64,000 nt of DNA from Gammaproteobacteria bacterium. Lineage in GTDB: Bacteria > Pseudomonadota > Gammaproteobacteria > Eutrophobiales > Eutrophobiaceae. The notes under the pieces are model-generated. The model was not told the origin of the DNA. It saw nothing but the letters and a program-made list of their open reading frames with translations, and did no database searches. The translations under genes and the position numbers were made by a program. Shown piece by piece: positions 17,690 to 26,357 of this stretch; the stretch's first letter is position 1; each line of letters begins with the position of its first letter. The stretch is taken from positions 4,011,018-4,075,017 of the forward strand of contig OZ220696.1 in assembly GCA_965116495.1 (NCBI GenBank). The letters run 5' to 3'.

Positions 17690-18937
17690 CTAGTGGTCGT
17701 GCGACGCGCCGGATTTTTCGATATCGGCTTTGATGATGTAGCTGTTCTCAGTCACGTATTCTGTGCCAGGCTCCAATCCACCCAACACTTCCACCCAGGG
17801 GCCCGCTTCACGGCCCAGCTCCAGCATCCGTACCTCATATTCTTCTCCAACCTTGGCATAAACGACGGTGAAGTCACGGAAACTCTGCAAGCCGCTGCGT
17901 TTTACCGCCAGTGGCGCGTCAACGGTGTCGACTTCGATATCGCCGCGGACAAACAGCCCGGCACTCAACAACCCATTGTTGTTAATTTCGGCCAGGAATA
18001 GCCGCGCCTGATCACTGCGCAAAGCCGCTCTCGATCCACTGACGGTACTGCTCAGTGGCGCATCAACACCGTTAATCGACAGGGTTACCGGAGCGCCAAC
18101 GTTGACCTTACTTCTGTCCGCCGGATAAATCGCCAATTCGGCCAGAAGGGTATCGGTATTGGTCATTTCCAATAATGTGCGCCCGGCCGTTTGCTCACCG
18201 GCACTTGTAAATTGCTCGCTGACCACACCAGCCATGGGTGCCTGAATCGGATAGGTTTTCAGGCTCTCATTGCTTTCTACCGTAATCAGTACCTGGCCTT
18301 TGCTGACCGAATCTCCGAGGCTGACGTGCATCTGTTTGATTACACCGTCAAAGCGGGCCTGAATCTGCCGTTTGGCACTTGGGGGATAAACGAGCTTGCC
18401 ATAAACCCGGATGGTCTGATGCAGAGTGGCACTGCCAGCGGTTTCTGTGCCAATACCCATGGCTTTAGCGACGCCGTCGCCTATGAGGGTACGGCCTTCA
18501 AAGTTGTCGTATTCCCAGCGATAGGTTTTGCCTTGGTATTGCGCGATAAGGGTGACGACAAATGAATGCGGTTCGTAAATCACCGTATCGCCACGCAGGT
18601 AGTCCCCTTCGGCTCTAAAACGGATATCGTCAACGACATTGCCCAGGCGTGTGAGCTTGACCTGAAGGTCCACCGCATCGGGTGATACCGCTTCACCGTC
18701 ATCACTTACCCAGACACGAAATTCCGGTGGTACGCCGGTTTCAAAAACAGCCAGCTCCACCGCAAAATCGCCATCGCGCAACATCCAACCCCGGTGCGGC
18801 CCTTTTTCGGGTTCTGCTTCCTGAGCCCCCGACTCTGAGGCAGCGGCGGCGATTGAAGGCAGAAACATGGCGCCCAGTACTACCTGGCACACCAGGAATA
18901 ATCGTAGAGCATAGCGGTTCATAATGGTTTCTCTCAC
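17690..18937 (-). CDS. czcB: Efflux RND periplasmic adaptor (CzcB-like) with an N-terminal extension
   Basis: Signal peptide and a barrel-sandwich/lipoyl-like core. It sits between the OMF and RND pump genes. Confidence 0.85.
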   Translation of the reverse strand: MRETIMNRYALRLFLVCQVVLGAMFLPSIAAAASESGAQEAEPEKGPHRGWMLRDGDFAVELAVFETGVPPEFRVWVSDDGEAVSPDAVDLQVKLTRLGNVVDDIRFRAEGDYLRGDTVIYEPHSFVVTLIAQYQGKTYRWEYDNFEGRTLIGDGVAKAMGIGTETAGSATLHQTIRVYGKLVYPPSAKRQIQARFDGVIKQMHVSLGDSVSKGQVLITVESNESLKTYPIQAPMAGVVSEQFTSAGEQTAGRTLLEMTNTDTLLAELAIYPADRSKVNVGAPVTLSINGVDAPLSSTVSGSRAALRSDQARLFLAEINNNGLLSAGLFVRGDIEVDTVDAPLAVKRSGLQSFRDFTVVYAKVGEEYEVRMLELGREAGPWVEVLGGLEPGTEYVTENSYIIKADIEKSGASHDH

Positions 18938-18950
18938 GGTAGCGGCGTCC

Positions 18951-20255
18951 TTAGAATGTCAGCGTGGTACCGGTGAGGCGCTGAAGTTCGATATGTTGTA
19001 AATGGATCGCTTCAAAGGCACTTAACAGATCCTGTTGCGCGCCCAGTTTTTTATTCAGAAGGATGATCCACTGCTGATAACCCAGCTTGCCGGTTTCATA
19101 GGCATGCGTGGCCTGTGCATGGGCAGTGTTTAAGGCGGGGATAATTCGCTTTTGCAGCGTTTCAATTACATGATGGCTGTGTTTAATTTCCTGGAGCAGG
19201 ACATAAAGCTGCGTATCCAACTGGCGTTGCAGTGCTTCGGATTCACTGGCAAATTCAGCCTGCCTGGCCTGAAGGCTTCTGATTTTCCCGGTGCTACTGC
19301 GGTCCTTACCGAGCGGCACAGAAACACCGGCTAACATGCCGAAATCATTGCTTGCCTCCAAACGCCGAACACCAACCGAAAACTGCCACTGCGGCTTGGC
19401 CTCAATTCTGGCAAGCTCTATTTCTGATTCTGCAATACGCTGCTGGTTCGCCAGCAATGCCAATGTGGGGTTTTGTTTCAGTTGATCAAATTGCTGTTCA
19501 ACACTTCCCAGTGTTGGAATGGTAAGAAGCTCACCCACTAACCGAAAGTCATTACGCTCACCACCCCATTGCGCGCGCAACTGGTAACGCGTTGACGTCA
19601 GCACGTGCTGCAGGTCTTCGGCCTCCAATTCCCTTTGCGCCATTTCCACCTCCGCCTGGAGACGTTCGAATTCCGGGCTTTTACCGGCCTCGACCCGCTT
19701 TTTGAGGGCGTTGACGGTGCTTCTGGCCTGTTGTTGCGCCTGTCGAGCCAGCGTTAAACGCTGTTCTTCGACCAGTGTCTGAACAAATAACCGGGCAGTC
19801 TGAGCAGACAGGTCAAGCGCTTTGATTTGTCGTTGGATATCCACCTGAGTGGAGGTAACCTGTGCTGCCTGAATCCGTTGATCGATTCGTGCTCCTTGCA
19901 TTACCCAACTAATGGATAACGTAGACTGAGCGCTATCAAAGCCGTTGTAATCACCATCACCACCAAAATCTTCAATTATTAAGCCGATACCGGGCCGCTG
20001 TCCCACGCTGACTTGTTCTACCAAGCCTTGATACGCTTCGCGTTGGTGGAGAAACGTACCCAACTGTGGATGCTGTTCCAAAGTGAGTCGCACCGCTTTC
20101 TCCAGTGACAACAGGGTGGGTTCTGACTCACTCTGTGCGTGAACAGCTGAAACAGTTAGGCACATTGCAGCGAAAACGACTACAGACAACCCAAATGGCC
20201 TCATAAACCGATTGGCAATCGGTATTTTTTGCAAACTGAAAGAGCACAGATTCAT
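18951..20255 (-). CDS. czcC: TolC-family outer-membrane efflux protein (CzcC-like)
   Basis: Coiled-coil-rich 434-aa ORF. An alternative start at 20204 (MRPFGLSVVVFAAMCLTVSAVHA) gives a cleaner signal peptide. Confidence 0.83.
   Translation of the reverse strand: MNLCSFSLQKIPIANRFMRPFGLSVVVFAAMCLTVSAVHAQSESEPTLLSLEKAVRLTLEQHPQLGTFLHQREAYQGLVEQVSVGQRPGIGLIIEDFGGDGDYNGFDSAQSTLSISWVMQGARIDQRIQAAQVTSTQVDIQRQIKALDLSAQTARLFVQTLVEEQRLTLARQAQQQARSTVNALKKRVEAGKSPEFERLQAEVEMAQRELEAEDLQHVLTSTRYQLRAQWGGERNDFRLVGELLTIPTLGSVEQQFDQLKQNPTLALLANQQRIAESEIELARIEAKPQWQFSVGVRRLEASNDFGMLAGVSVPLGKDRSSTGKIRSLQARQAEFASESEALQRQLDTQLYVLLQEIKHSHHVIETLQKRIIPALNTAHAQATHAYETGKLGYQQWIILLNKKLGAQQDLLSAFEAIHLQHIELQRLTGTTLTF
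20207..20223. promoter_or_regulatory. 17-bp perfect palindrome ACCGATTGGCAATCGGT between the blaR1-like gene and czcC
   Basis: 8-1-8 inverted repeat with A/T-rich flanks. A near-identical copy lies at 21716-21732. Confidence 0.55.
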
Positions 20256-20280
20256 TCATCAGCCTTCTTGATTTAAAAAA

Positions 20281-21282
20281 TTAGTGGGAAAAAATCACTT
20301 CGATCAGATGGTGCAAGGTATCAACCCCGGCGAATGACAGGGTCATTGTTACCATCATGATCAACAGGCAGTGTATCCAGGGAAACGATCGAAATTTTTG
20401 CGGTGCCACCAAAGCTCTAACCCGCACATCAATGTCGTCGGTAATAAAATAGTTTATGCTGACCGTATTCACACTGTTCCCAGAGAAGCGCCGAATTTTG
20501 GCCGCGTTAACCAGGGTTTGGGCGACATCGAAAGCACTGTAGGATTGACTGACGTGTGCATCAGCCAATTGCTCAGTGGCCAGCGAGAACAACCGATTTA
20601 ATCGCTGTGTTATTGGCTTCGGGTAAAGCGATGCCAATAGCGCAAAAAACAATTTTTTCTGGGTATCTTTGTGCTTAATATGCGCTCGCTCATGGGCAAG
20701 AATGATATCCAGCTCCGCCTCGGTGACCTGCCCGATAAGACCGGTTGTCACGTAACACTTGGGACTTAACAGACCTGCGGTGAACGCTACCGGGGTGCGG
20801 GATTCAAGCACAATAATGTCCCGCCCAATTTTCCACTGCCTGGAATTGCTCTGAGTCCGACTACCGGGGCTCTCCTTAGAAAGGCGTGTCAGTAAATCCA
20901 GTGCGTTCAAGTGGCGAGCTGCACCTAGCCCGTTCTTAATGAACACATACGCAGTACCCAGCATAAACAGGCACAGTGCCGCTCCGTGCCAGCTATCCAG
21001 GTAAAACACGTACGGATGATGCCAGTGCACCAGTGGGGTCAGCCACAGCGTACTTTCTAATTGAAACACCGAGGGTAAAAAAATGAATAGGCAAAGAACG
21101 CTTGCTACCCAAGGTGTAACCACAAACAGCCACAGCAGTTTTTTTTGTGTAGCGGCAGAAAACAGCGTGATATGGCGAGCTATTAACGGCCAGATCAAAG
21201 CAAGCAGTGCTGCCGCTGCCAACAGCTCCATCAGCGCAATACTCAGCAGATTGAAAACAATCGCCCACTCATTAATTAGCAT
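20281..21282 (-). CDS. M56 family (BlaR1/MecR1-type) membrane metalloprotease lacking a penicillin-binding sensor domain
   Basis: HERAH zinc motif (ILAHERAHIKHKD), several TM segments, and a His-rich loop LVHWHHPYVFYLDSWH. At 333 aa it is much shorter than BlaR1, which I recall as roughly 600 aa. Confidence 0.8.
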   Translation of the reverse strand: MLINEWAIVFNLLSIALMELLAAAALLALIWPLIARHITLFSAATQKKLLWLFVVTPWVASVLCLFIFLPSVFQLESTLWLTPLVHWHHPYVFYLDSWHGAALCLFMLGTAYVFIKNGLGAARHLNALDLLTRLSKESPGSRTQSNSRQWKIGRDIIVLESRTPVAFTAGLLSPKCYVTTGLIGQVTEAELDIILAHERAHIKHKDTQKKLFFALLASLYPKPITQRLNRLFSLATEQLADAHVSQSYSAFDVAQTLVNAAKIRRFSGNSVNTVSINYFITDDIDVRVRALVAPQKFRSFPWIHCLLIMMVTMTLSFAGVDTLHHLIEVIFSH

Positions 21283-21667
21283 CGCTGTCTGCCTGACTGC
21301 GCAATTGACGTTGTTGTTGAATCAACTTTTCAAATTGAGACAGCTTATCGTCATCCAGTCCTGCCGAGAAGGAAGAAAAGGCGGCTATCAAATGGTCTTC
21401 ACCTTCACCGATAAAATCGCTGGTCACATTCTGAATCAGCTGGGCGATGAGCTCTTTCCTGGCGACCTTAGCGCGATAATAGTAGGCATGCCCCTGCTTC
21501 TGACGGGTGAGCAGATCTTTTTTGAACAGTCTGTCCAGAGTGCTCTGAATGGTATTAAGTGTGCCACCCCGGCGCTTGGTTAATGCTGTATGCGTCTGTT
21601 TGGCATCGGCCTCTGTCGCCTCCCACAAGTACTGCAGAACGCGTTTTTCTAATTCACCCAATATCAC
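21272..21667 (-). CDS. BlaI/MecI/CopY family transcriptional repressor
   Basis: 131-aa winged-helix protein (LGELEKRVLQYLWE...TLNTIQSTLDRLFKKDLLTR) overlapping the start of the M56 gene. Confidence 0.85.
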   Translation of the reverse strand: MILGELEKRVLQYLWEATEADAKQTHTALTKRRGGTLNTIQSTLDRLFKKDLLTRQKQGHAYYYRAKVARKELIAQLIQNVTSDFIGEGEDHLIAAFSSFSAGLDDDKLSQFEKLIQQQRQLRSQADSDAN

Positions 21668-21715
21668 AATACAGCTTTCCTAAGTGTTAACCGGAGCTTA
21701 TATTAGCATACAAAT

Positions 21716-21732
21716 ACCGATAGGCAATCGGT
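21716..21732. promoter_or_regulatory. 17-bp palindrome ACCGATAGGCAATCGGT upstream of the blaI-like gene, overlapping a candidate sigma70 promoter
   Basis: The sense strand reads TTGCCT-16 nt-TAATAT, with the -35 inside the palindrome, about 50 bp upstream of the GTG start. Confidence 0.55.
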
Positions 21733-22027
21733 TTTTCTTGATTGCTTATATTTTAAACAAGGGGCACGCGATGGGAATGGGTCAGGCTGTACAAAATTGG
21801 AGGGAGGGAACCTAAATACGTTGGGTAAATTGTGGGTATTGAAAAGATGGTGTTGAATAAAACTTGGTACAATCAAGAGGTTGTAAATCTAGTTCTACTC
21901 CCCCTCCAGGAACATCTGAATAATGTCGATCTGGTAATGCCGAAGGAATCGACTTCAAAAACCAAACTGGGACTTGTCTTGCCGTTTGCGATCTTCCCCC
22001 TCGTCCAGCAAGCTGCCTGATCCAGAC

Positions 22028-22849
22028 TTACAAATCCCGCAACAACTCATTCAAACTAACCTTCCCCCGCGTCTTCTCATCCACCTGCTTAACAATAACC
22101 GCACAATACAGACTATATTTCCCATCCTTCGACGGCAGGTTCCCCGATACCACCACCGATCCCGGCGGCACCCTCCCGTAACTGATCTCACCGGTATCCC
22201 GGTTGTAAATCCGGGTACTCTGCCCGATGTACACACCCATGGAAATCACCGACCCTTCACCGACCACAACACCTTCGACAACTTCAGAACGCGCCCCGAT
22301 AAAACAATTGTCTTCTATGATGGTCGGGTTGGCCTGTAACGGTTCCAGCACCCCGCCCAGGCCGACACCGCCGGAAAGGTGTACGTTTTTGCCTACCTGG
22401 GCGCAGGAACCTACGGTGGCCCAGGTGTCCACCATGGTGCCCGAGTCCACGTAGGCGCCGATATTGACGTAGCTGGGCATGAGGACAACGTTGGGCGCCA
22501 CGTAGCTGCCGTAACGTGCCATAGTCGGCGGCACAACCCGCGCACCGCCTGCTATGAAATCATCTTTACCGTAACCTGCGAACTTGGGTTCTACCTTGTC
22601 GTAATAATTGGTCCAGCCCCCTTCCATTACGCGGTTATCGTTCAATGCAAAAGACAGGAGCACGGCCTTTTTCAGCCACTGGTTGACCACCCATTCGCCG
22701 TTTTGTTTCTCCGCCACCCGCAATTCGCCGCTGTCCAGCCCGGCTATTGCCTCGTTTACGGCATCTTTGAGTGAATCACCGGCGTTGCCGGGACTGATGC
22801 GGCTGCGTTGCTCGAAAGCCTCGTTGATAATGTCTGCAATACTGCTCAT
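22028..22849 (-). CDS. dapD: 2,3,4,5-tetrahydropyridine-2,6-dicarboxylate N-succinyltransferase
   Basis: 273 aa with hexapeptide repeats and a DapD-type N-terminus. Confidence 0.93.
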   Translation of the reverse strand: MSSIADIINEAFEQRSRISPGNAGDSLKDAVNEAIAGLDSGELRVAEKQNGEWVVNQWLKKAVLLSFALNDNRVMEGGWTNYYDKVEPKFAGYGKDDFIAGGARVVPPTMARYGSYVAPNVVLMPSYVNIGAYVDSGTMVDTWATVGSCAQVGKNVHLSGGVGLGGVLEPLQANPTIIEDNCFIGARSEVVEGVVVGEGSVISMGVYIGQSTRIYNRDTGEISYGRVPPGSVVVSGNLPSKDGKYSLYCAVIVKQVDEKTRGKVSLNELLRDL

Positions 22850-22869
22850 CGGCTGCTAGCTCCTGTTCC

Positions 22870-24069
22870 TTATGTTGGTTTGCGAATAAATTCTGCCACG
22901 CGTTCTGCTGCTTCTATACACCGGGGTAACGGGGCAGTCAAGGCGATACGCAGCCTGTTTGCCCCAGGGTCCCTGCCTGCGGCCGGCCGCGACAGGAAAC
23001 GTCCCGGTAGAACCAGCAGGTTCTGCTCCAAGTATAGTGAGCGGGCAAAGTCTACATCATTTTCGGGTATCTGCGGCCATAAATAAAAACCTGCCTCGGG
23101 TTCGCTCACGTCCATTACGGGTTGCAGGATCGCCAGGACCGCAGCGAATTTTTCCCGGTACAGGTTGCGGTTATTCAGGACATGGGCTTCATCACTCCAG
23201 GCTGCGCGGCTGGCCCGTTGCACGTGGAGCGGCATGGCGCCGCCGAGATAAGTCCGGTACGTATAAAATGTATCGATGATAGCGGCGTCGCCGGCGACAA
23301 ACCCCGAGCGCAGTCCGGGGACGTTGGAGCGCTTGGAGAGTGAGTGAAACACGATGCAGTGGCGGTAGTCATCCCGGCCCAGCTTTGCTGCGGCCTCGAG
23401 CAGCCCCAGGGGGGGATTGTCCTCATCCGGGTAGATTTCCGAGTAACACTCATCGGCGGCGATTGTAAAATCGTACCGCTCGGCGTAGTCCAGCAGCAGT
23501 TCCAGGATTTCCAGCCTGGTAACGGTGCCCGTGGGGTTGTTTGGCGAACACAGGTAGAGCAGTTCACAACGCTGCCAGACGTCATCGCCGATTCTGGAGA
23601 AATCCGGCTGATATCCATCTTCTTCAGCCATGTTGACGTAACAGGGGGTGGCTCCGGCGAGTAGCGCGGCGCCTTCGTAAATCTGGTAGAACGGGTTGGG
23701 AAGCACGACCAGTGGACCCGCCCTGTTGCGGTCGACGACCGACTGCGCGATAGCAAACAGCGCTTCCCGCGTGCCGTTGACGGGGAGTACCTGACCGGCT
23801 CCCAGGCTCCGGGCAGGCAGGGAGAACCGTTTCGTCAGCCACCCCGCTATGGTTTCGCGCAGTTCTTCCATGCCCCGGGTAGAGGGATACACTGATGTCA
23901 GGCCCAGGTTTTCCGTCAGCGCTTGCAGTATGAAGTCCGGCGTTTCGTGTTTCGGCTCTCCCAGGGAAAGGTCGATAAGTGGTTTCCCCGGTACGGGCGT
24001 ACCGGCCTTTTTCAAAGCTGCCAGTTTCTCAAAAGGATAAGGCTGCAGTTGTTCGAAACCCGGGTTCAT
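22870..24069 (-). CDS. dapC: Succinyldiaminopimelate transaminase (class I aminotransferase)
   Basis: PLP aminotransferase motifs (SLSKRSNVPGLRSGF), adjacent to dapD. Confidence 0.83.
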   Translation of the reverse strand: MNPGFEQLQPYPFEKLAALKKAGTPVPGKPLIDLSLGEPKHETPDFILQALTENLGLTSVYPSTRGMEELRETIAGWLTKRFSLPARSLGAGQVLPVNGTREALFAIAQSVVDRNRAGPLVVLPNPFYQIYEGAALLAGATPCYVNMAEEDGYQPDFSRIGDDVWQRCELLYLCSPNNPTGTVTRLEILELLLDYAERYDFTIAADECYSEIYPDEDNPPLGLLEAAAKLGRDDYRHCIVFHSLSKRSNVPGLRSGFVAGDAAIIDTFYTYRTYLGGAMPLHVQRASRAAWSDEAHVLNNRNLYREKFAAVLAILQPVMDVSEPEAGFYLWPQIPENDVDFARSLYLEQNLLVLPGRFLSRPAAGRDPGANRLRIALTAPLPRCIEAAERVAEFIRKPT

Positions 24070-24160
24070 AAGTGGTTATCCTGTACCGAAAATAAGCGGC
24101 ACGCCATTATGATACAATTCGCAAACTTACAACAACACACAACGTACGAAAAACTGTTGA

Positions 24161-25243
24161 ATGAGTCACAAAGTTCTGATACTGGCAGGAGACGGAATCG
24201 GCCCGGATATCATGCGGGAGGCGGAAAAAGTCCTGGCTGCCCTGGTGGCGGAGTACGGGCTGGATATTTCCGTTGAGCATGCCCTGGTGGGCGGTGCGGC
24301 CTACGATGATTGCGGCACCCCGTTGCCCGGGTCGACCCTGCAACTGGCACAGGCGAGCGATGCCGTGTTGTTCGGCGCCGTCGGCGGTCCCAAATGGGAC
24401 GGGCTGGCACGGGATTTACGGCCGGAGCGCGGCGCGCTGCTGCCCCTGCGCGCGGAACTCGCCCTGTTTGCCAACCTGAGGCCGGCGCTGATCTACCCGC
24501 AACTGGTGGCCGCCTCGTCGCTGAAACCGGAACTGGTCAGCGGACTGGACATCATGATCGTGCGCGAGTTGACCGGCGGTATCTATTTCGGCAAGCCCAG
24601 GGGTATACACACCATGGAGTCAGGGGAACGTGAAGGGATCAACACGCTGCGTTATACGGAGACGGAAATTCGCCGTATCGCCCGCGTGGCTTTTTCAATA
24701 GCCATGCACCGGGACAAGCGGCTGTGTTCCGTGGACAAGGAGAATGTGCTGGAAGCGACCCAACTCTGGCGCCAGGTGATACTGGAGGTTGCCGCCGAAT
24801 ACCCTGAAGTCGAACTGGAACACCTGTACGTGGATAATGCGGCCATGCAACTGGTGCGCCGCCCGAAGCAGTTTGACGTGATGGTCACCACCAATATGTT
24901 CGGTGACATCCTGTCCGACCTGGCTTCCATGCTCAGCGGCTCCATCGGTATGTTGCCGTCCGCCTCACTGGATGAACGCAACAAGGGGTTGTATGAGCCC
25001 ATACACGGCTCCGCGCCGGATATTGCGGGTCGGGGGCTGGCCAACCCCCTGGCCATGATATTGTCCGCGGCAATGCTGTTGCGCTATTCGCTGAACCTGG
25101 CGGAACAGGCGGACAGGATTGAAAATGCGGTGAAATCCGTGTTGACCCGGGGCCTGAGAACGGCGGATATCCACACGCCGGGCACCGAAAAGGTATCCAC
25201 CGCGCAGATGGGCGACGCAGTGGTGCGTGCGCTTGCAGGATAA
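24161..25243 (+). CDS. leuB: 3-isopropylmalate dehydrogenase
   Basis: [15 protein letters not shown] and NMFGDILSD motifs. Confidence 0.94.
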   Translation: MSHKVLILAGDGIGPDIMREAEKVLAALVAEYGLDISVEHALVGGAAYDDCGTPLPGSTLQLAQASDAVLFGAVGGPKWDGLARDLRPERGALLPLRAELALFANLRPALIYPQLVAASSLKPELVSGLDIMIVRELTGGIYFGKPRGIHTMESGEREGINTLRYTETEIRRIARVAFSIAMHRDKRLCSVDKENVLEATQLWRQVILEVAAEYPEVELEHLYVDNAAMQLVRRPKQFDVMVTTNMFGDILSDLASMLSGSIGMLPSASLDERNKGLYEPIHGSAPDIAGRGLANPLAMILSAAMLLRYSLNLAEQADRIENAVKSVLTRGLRTADIHTPGTEKVSTAQMGDAVVRALAG

Positions 25244-25248
25244 ATTGT

Positions 25249-25272
25249 GAGGACAGAATTAATTCTGTCCCC
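25249..25272. repeat. REP family B palindrome (ggacagaattaattctgtcc core)
   Basis: 20-bp perfect palindrome between leuB and asd. Confidence 0.8.
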
Positions 25273-25297
25273 GGACTGATGAGAGTTTGACACTGAA

Positions 25298-26320
25298 ATG
25301 GGCAAGAAAGTCAATGTTGCAGTTGTAGGGGCAACGGGTGAGGTAGGAGGCGCCATGTTGTCCATCCTGGCAGAGCGGGATTTCCCGGTTGCCGGACTGC
25401 ACGCAGTTGCCAGCAGCCGTTCTGCAGGAAAGCGGATCGAGTTCAGGGATGACGAACTGGTGGTCGAAGACCTGGATTCATTCGATTTTTCCGGTATCGA
25501 TATCGGGCTGTTCTCCCCGGGAGGCTCCGTTTCCGCGGTACATGCGCCCCGTGCCGCTGCCGCGGGGACGATCGTGATCGATAATACCTCGCAGTTCCGT
25601 TATGAGGACGATATTCCCCTGGTTGTACCGGAAGTGAATCCCGCAGCCGTAGTGCAACATGTCACGCGCGGCATTATTGCGAACCCGAACTGTTCGACCA
25701 TACAGATGGTCATGGCCTTGAAACCCGTTTACGACGCCGTGGGCATTGAACGCATCAATGTTGCCACTTACCAGGCCGTGTCGGGTAAGGGAAAAAAGGC
25801 AATTGAAGAACTGGAGCAGCAGACCATCGCCCTGTTCAACGGCAAACCGGTTTTGCCCACCGAGCATCCCCGGCAGATGGCGTTTAACGTGTTGCCCCAG
25901 ATCGATGCATTTCAGGACAACGGCTATACCAGGGAAGAGATGAAGATGGTCTGGGAGACGCGCAAGATCCTGGGTGACGATGCAATACGGGTGAACCCCA
26001 CCTGTGTCCGGGTGCCGGTCTTCTACGGTCATTCCGAGGCCGTGCATATCGAAACGAAGGAAAAGATCTCCGTTGCCGAGGTGAGAGCGCTATTGACCGA
26101 TTTTCCCGGTGTCACTGTCATAGACGAACGGGAGGACGGCGGATACCCTACTGCCGTGACCGAGGCATCCGGGCATGACCCGGTCTTCGTCGGCAGGATC
26201 AGGGAAGACCTGTCTCATCCCAGGGGCATCGATTTCTGGGTGGTTTCCGACAATATCAGGAAGGGAGCGGCGTTAAACAGTGTTCAAATTGCGGAATATC
26301 TGCTAAAACATCATTTTTGA
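25298..26320 (+). CDS. asd: Aspartate-semialdehyde dehydrogenase
   Basis: VAVVGATGEVGG; active-site region NPNCSTIQMV. Confidence 0.94.
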   Translation: MGKKVNVAVVGATGEVGGAMLSILAERDFPVAGLHAVASSRSAGKRIEFRDDELVVEDLDSFDFSGIDIGLFSPGGSVSAVHAPRAAAAGTIVIDNTSQFRYEDDIPLVVPEVNPAAVVQHVTRGIIANPNCSTIQMVMALKPVYDAVGIERINVATYQAVSGKGKKAIEELEQQTIALFNGKPVLPTEHPRQMAFNVLPQIDAFQDNGYTREEMKMVWETRKILGDDAIRVNPTCVRVPVFYGHSEAVHIETKEKISVAEVRALLTDFPGVTVIDEREDGGYPTAVTEASGHDPVFVGRIREDLSHPRGIDFWVVSDNIRKGAALNSVQIAEYLLKHHF

Positions 26321-26357
26321 CTGCCTGTACGGATTTACGCAGAGGGGGAAAGCCGGG

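Noticed and set aside
21832-22020. 62-aa ORF in the czc/dapD junction
   Set aside because: It has no SD sequence, no motifs and an AT-rich composition. It is more likely non-coding junction DNA.
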